Source of the DNA: Mobula hypostoma
Lineage: Eukaryota
Reading direction: 5' to 3'
NCBI RefSeq assembly: GCF_963921235.1
Contig: NC_086098.1
Location: forward strand, 7,936,001-8,000,000
DNA length: 64,000 nucleotides
A program made the position numbers and the translations under genes. Of the stretch, positions 62,766-64,000 are shown in pieces. The notes beneath the pieces are model-generated. The model was not told where the DNA came from, did not search any database, and was given only the letters and a program-made list of their open reading frames with translations. Each line of letters starts with the position of its first letter. The first letter of the stretch is position 1.

Positions 62766-62801
62766 TGTCCTGATGAAGGGTCTCGGCCTGAAACATCAAC
62801 T
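62766..62801 (+). ncRNA. Hammerhead ribozyme-like motif in a PLE fragment (62766-62870)
   Basis: gtc-CTGATGA-agggtctcggcct-GAAA-ca-TC-aact. Confidence 0.55.
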
Positions 62802-62894
62802 GTTTACTCTTTTCCATAGATGCTACCTGGCCTGCTGAATTCCTGCAACATTTTGTGCATGTTGCTTGAATTCATTACAAGTAATTTTTTCCGC

Positions 62895-63192
62895 AGAGTT
62901 CAGATGAGACTACAACTGGAGGTCATGCTTTAAGGGTGAAAGGTGAAATGCTTGGGGGAACCTGACGGGGAAGATTTTCACTCAGAGGGTGGTGAGAGTG
63001 TTGATCGAACTGCCAGTGGAAGTGGTGGATGCGATTTCAATTTCAACGTGTAAGAGAAATTATGATGGATACCTGGATGGGAGAGGTATGGAGAATTATG
63101 GGCTGGATGCAGGTCGATGGGGTTAGGCAGATTAATATTTCAGTATGATCTAATTGGGTCGAAAGGCCTGTTTCTGTAGTGTAGTGTTCTAC
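62895..63192 (+). mobile_element. CR1 LINE 3' end (decayed)
   Basis: ttttcactcagagggtggtgagagtg..aactgccagtggaagtggtgg and a CR1-type 3' UTR. Confidence 0.75.
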
Positions 63193-63551
63193 ACAGTGCA
63201 TTGAGGAAGGACAAGGTAAAGCAGTAACAATGCAAAATGCAGTGTAACAGCTACAGGGAAAGTGCAGTCTGGATGAGCAAGAAGAAACAAGATCATACAA
63301 GGTAGATAGTGAGCTCAAGGGTCCTATTTATTGTACCAGGGAAGTACTTAATAGTCTGACATGAACAGGGTAATATCTGTCCTTGAACCCGTGGTATATA
63401 CTGTACTTTCAGGCTTTTGCATCTTCTGTCCGATAGGAGAGGGGAGAAGAAAATAAGTCTGGAAGTAATTATGTCAGCTGCTTTACTAAACTTTGAATGG
63501 AATTTGTAATATTTGAAGATTTTAATAGACCTCAAAGGTCTTAGAATGCTT

Positions 63552-63760
63552 GGCACAGTGGCGTAGCAGTTAGTGCATCGCTTTACAGCGCCAGTGACCC
63601 GGGTTCAATTCCCACCACTGCCTGTAAGGATTTTGCACGTTCTCTTCATGACTGCATAGGTTTCCTCCGGGTGCTCTGGTTTCCTCTCACAGTCCAAAGA
63701 CATTCAGATTAGTAGATTAACTGGTCATTGTAAATTGTCCTGTGATTAGTCTAGGATTAA
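63552..63760 (+). mobile_element. V-SINE (HE1-like tRNA-derived SINE)
   Basis: A box tggcgtagcag, B box gggttcaattcc, V-domain tttgcacgttctc..ggtttcctccgggtgctctggtttcctctcacagtccaaagac; related - strand pieces near 37150-37235 and 38250-38370. Confidence 0.8.
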
Positions 63761-63764
63761 ACAC

Positions 63765-64000
63765 AGAATTTTACAGAAAGTTGTAAAATTAGCCCGCTCC
63801 ATCATGGGCACTAGACTCCGTAGTTTTCAAGAGATCTTCAAGGAGCAGTGTCTCGGAAAGGCAACGTTCATTATTAAGGACCCCCATCATCCAAGACATG
63901 TCCTCTTCGCATTGTTACTGTCAGGAAGGTGGTACAGAAGCCTGAAGGTACACACTCAGGGACAGTCTCTTCCCGACTATCATCCAATTTCTAAGTGGAC
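63765..64000 (+). mobile_element. Rex-Babar-like LINE 3' region
   Basis: attattaaggacccccatcatccaagacatgtcctcttc..tcaggaagg (IIKDPHHP..LF..LLSGR). Confidence 0.8.

Noticed and set aside
63552..63625. tRNA gene (also 34006-34080 and 37388-37455)
   Set aside because: A/B boxes continue into SINE bodies and no complete cloverleaf is evident.

Overview
Vertebrate nuclear DNA, most likely a cartilaginous fish (ray or shark, inferred from the CR1-dominated repeat set and an HE1/V-SINE-like element). It is not prokaryotic, and no intact multi-exon host gene can be read. Most of the window is decayed, nested transposons: CR1, RTE, Rex-Babar/L2-like and L1/Tx1-like LINEs, a Gypsy remnant plus two solo LTRs, hAT-Charlie elements, tRNA-SINEs and Penelope-like (PLE) fragments. 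Main observations: (1) about 11 recognisable copies of a ~36-nt minimal type I hammerhead ribozyme motif (CUGANGA..GAAA-CG-UC) inside PLE-derived repeats, several in fold-back arrangements; (2) a four-layer nest, Gypsy > hAT > hAT-MITE > PLE, with a TSD at each inner level; (3) one CR1 expanded to ~13.5 kb by six direct insertions; (4) non-coding ~650-820 bp retroposon families that start with an AAGATGGCG (YY1-type) head; (5) a 37-bp hairpin minisatellite; (6) repeat-free AT-rich islands that look like conserved enhancers, and tiny candidate exons of a possible + strand host gene. All family assignments come from reading the sequence; no searches were run.
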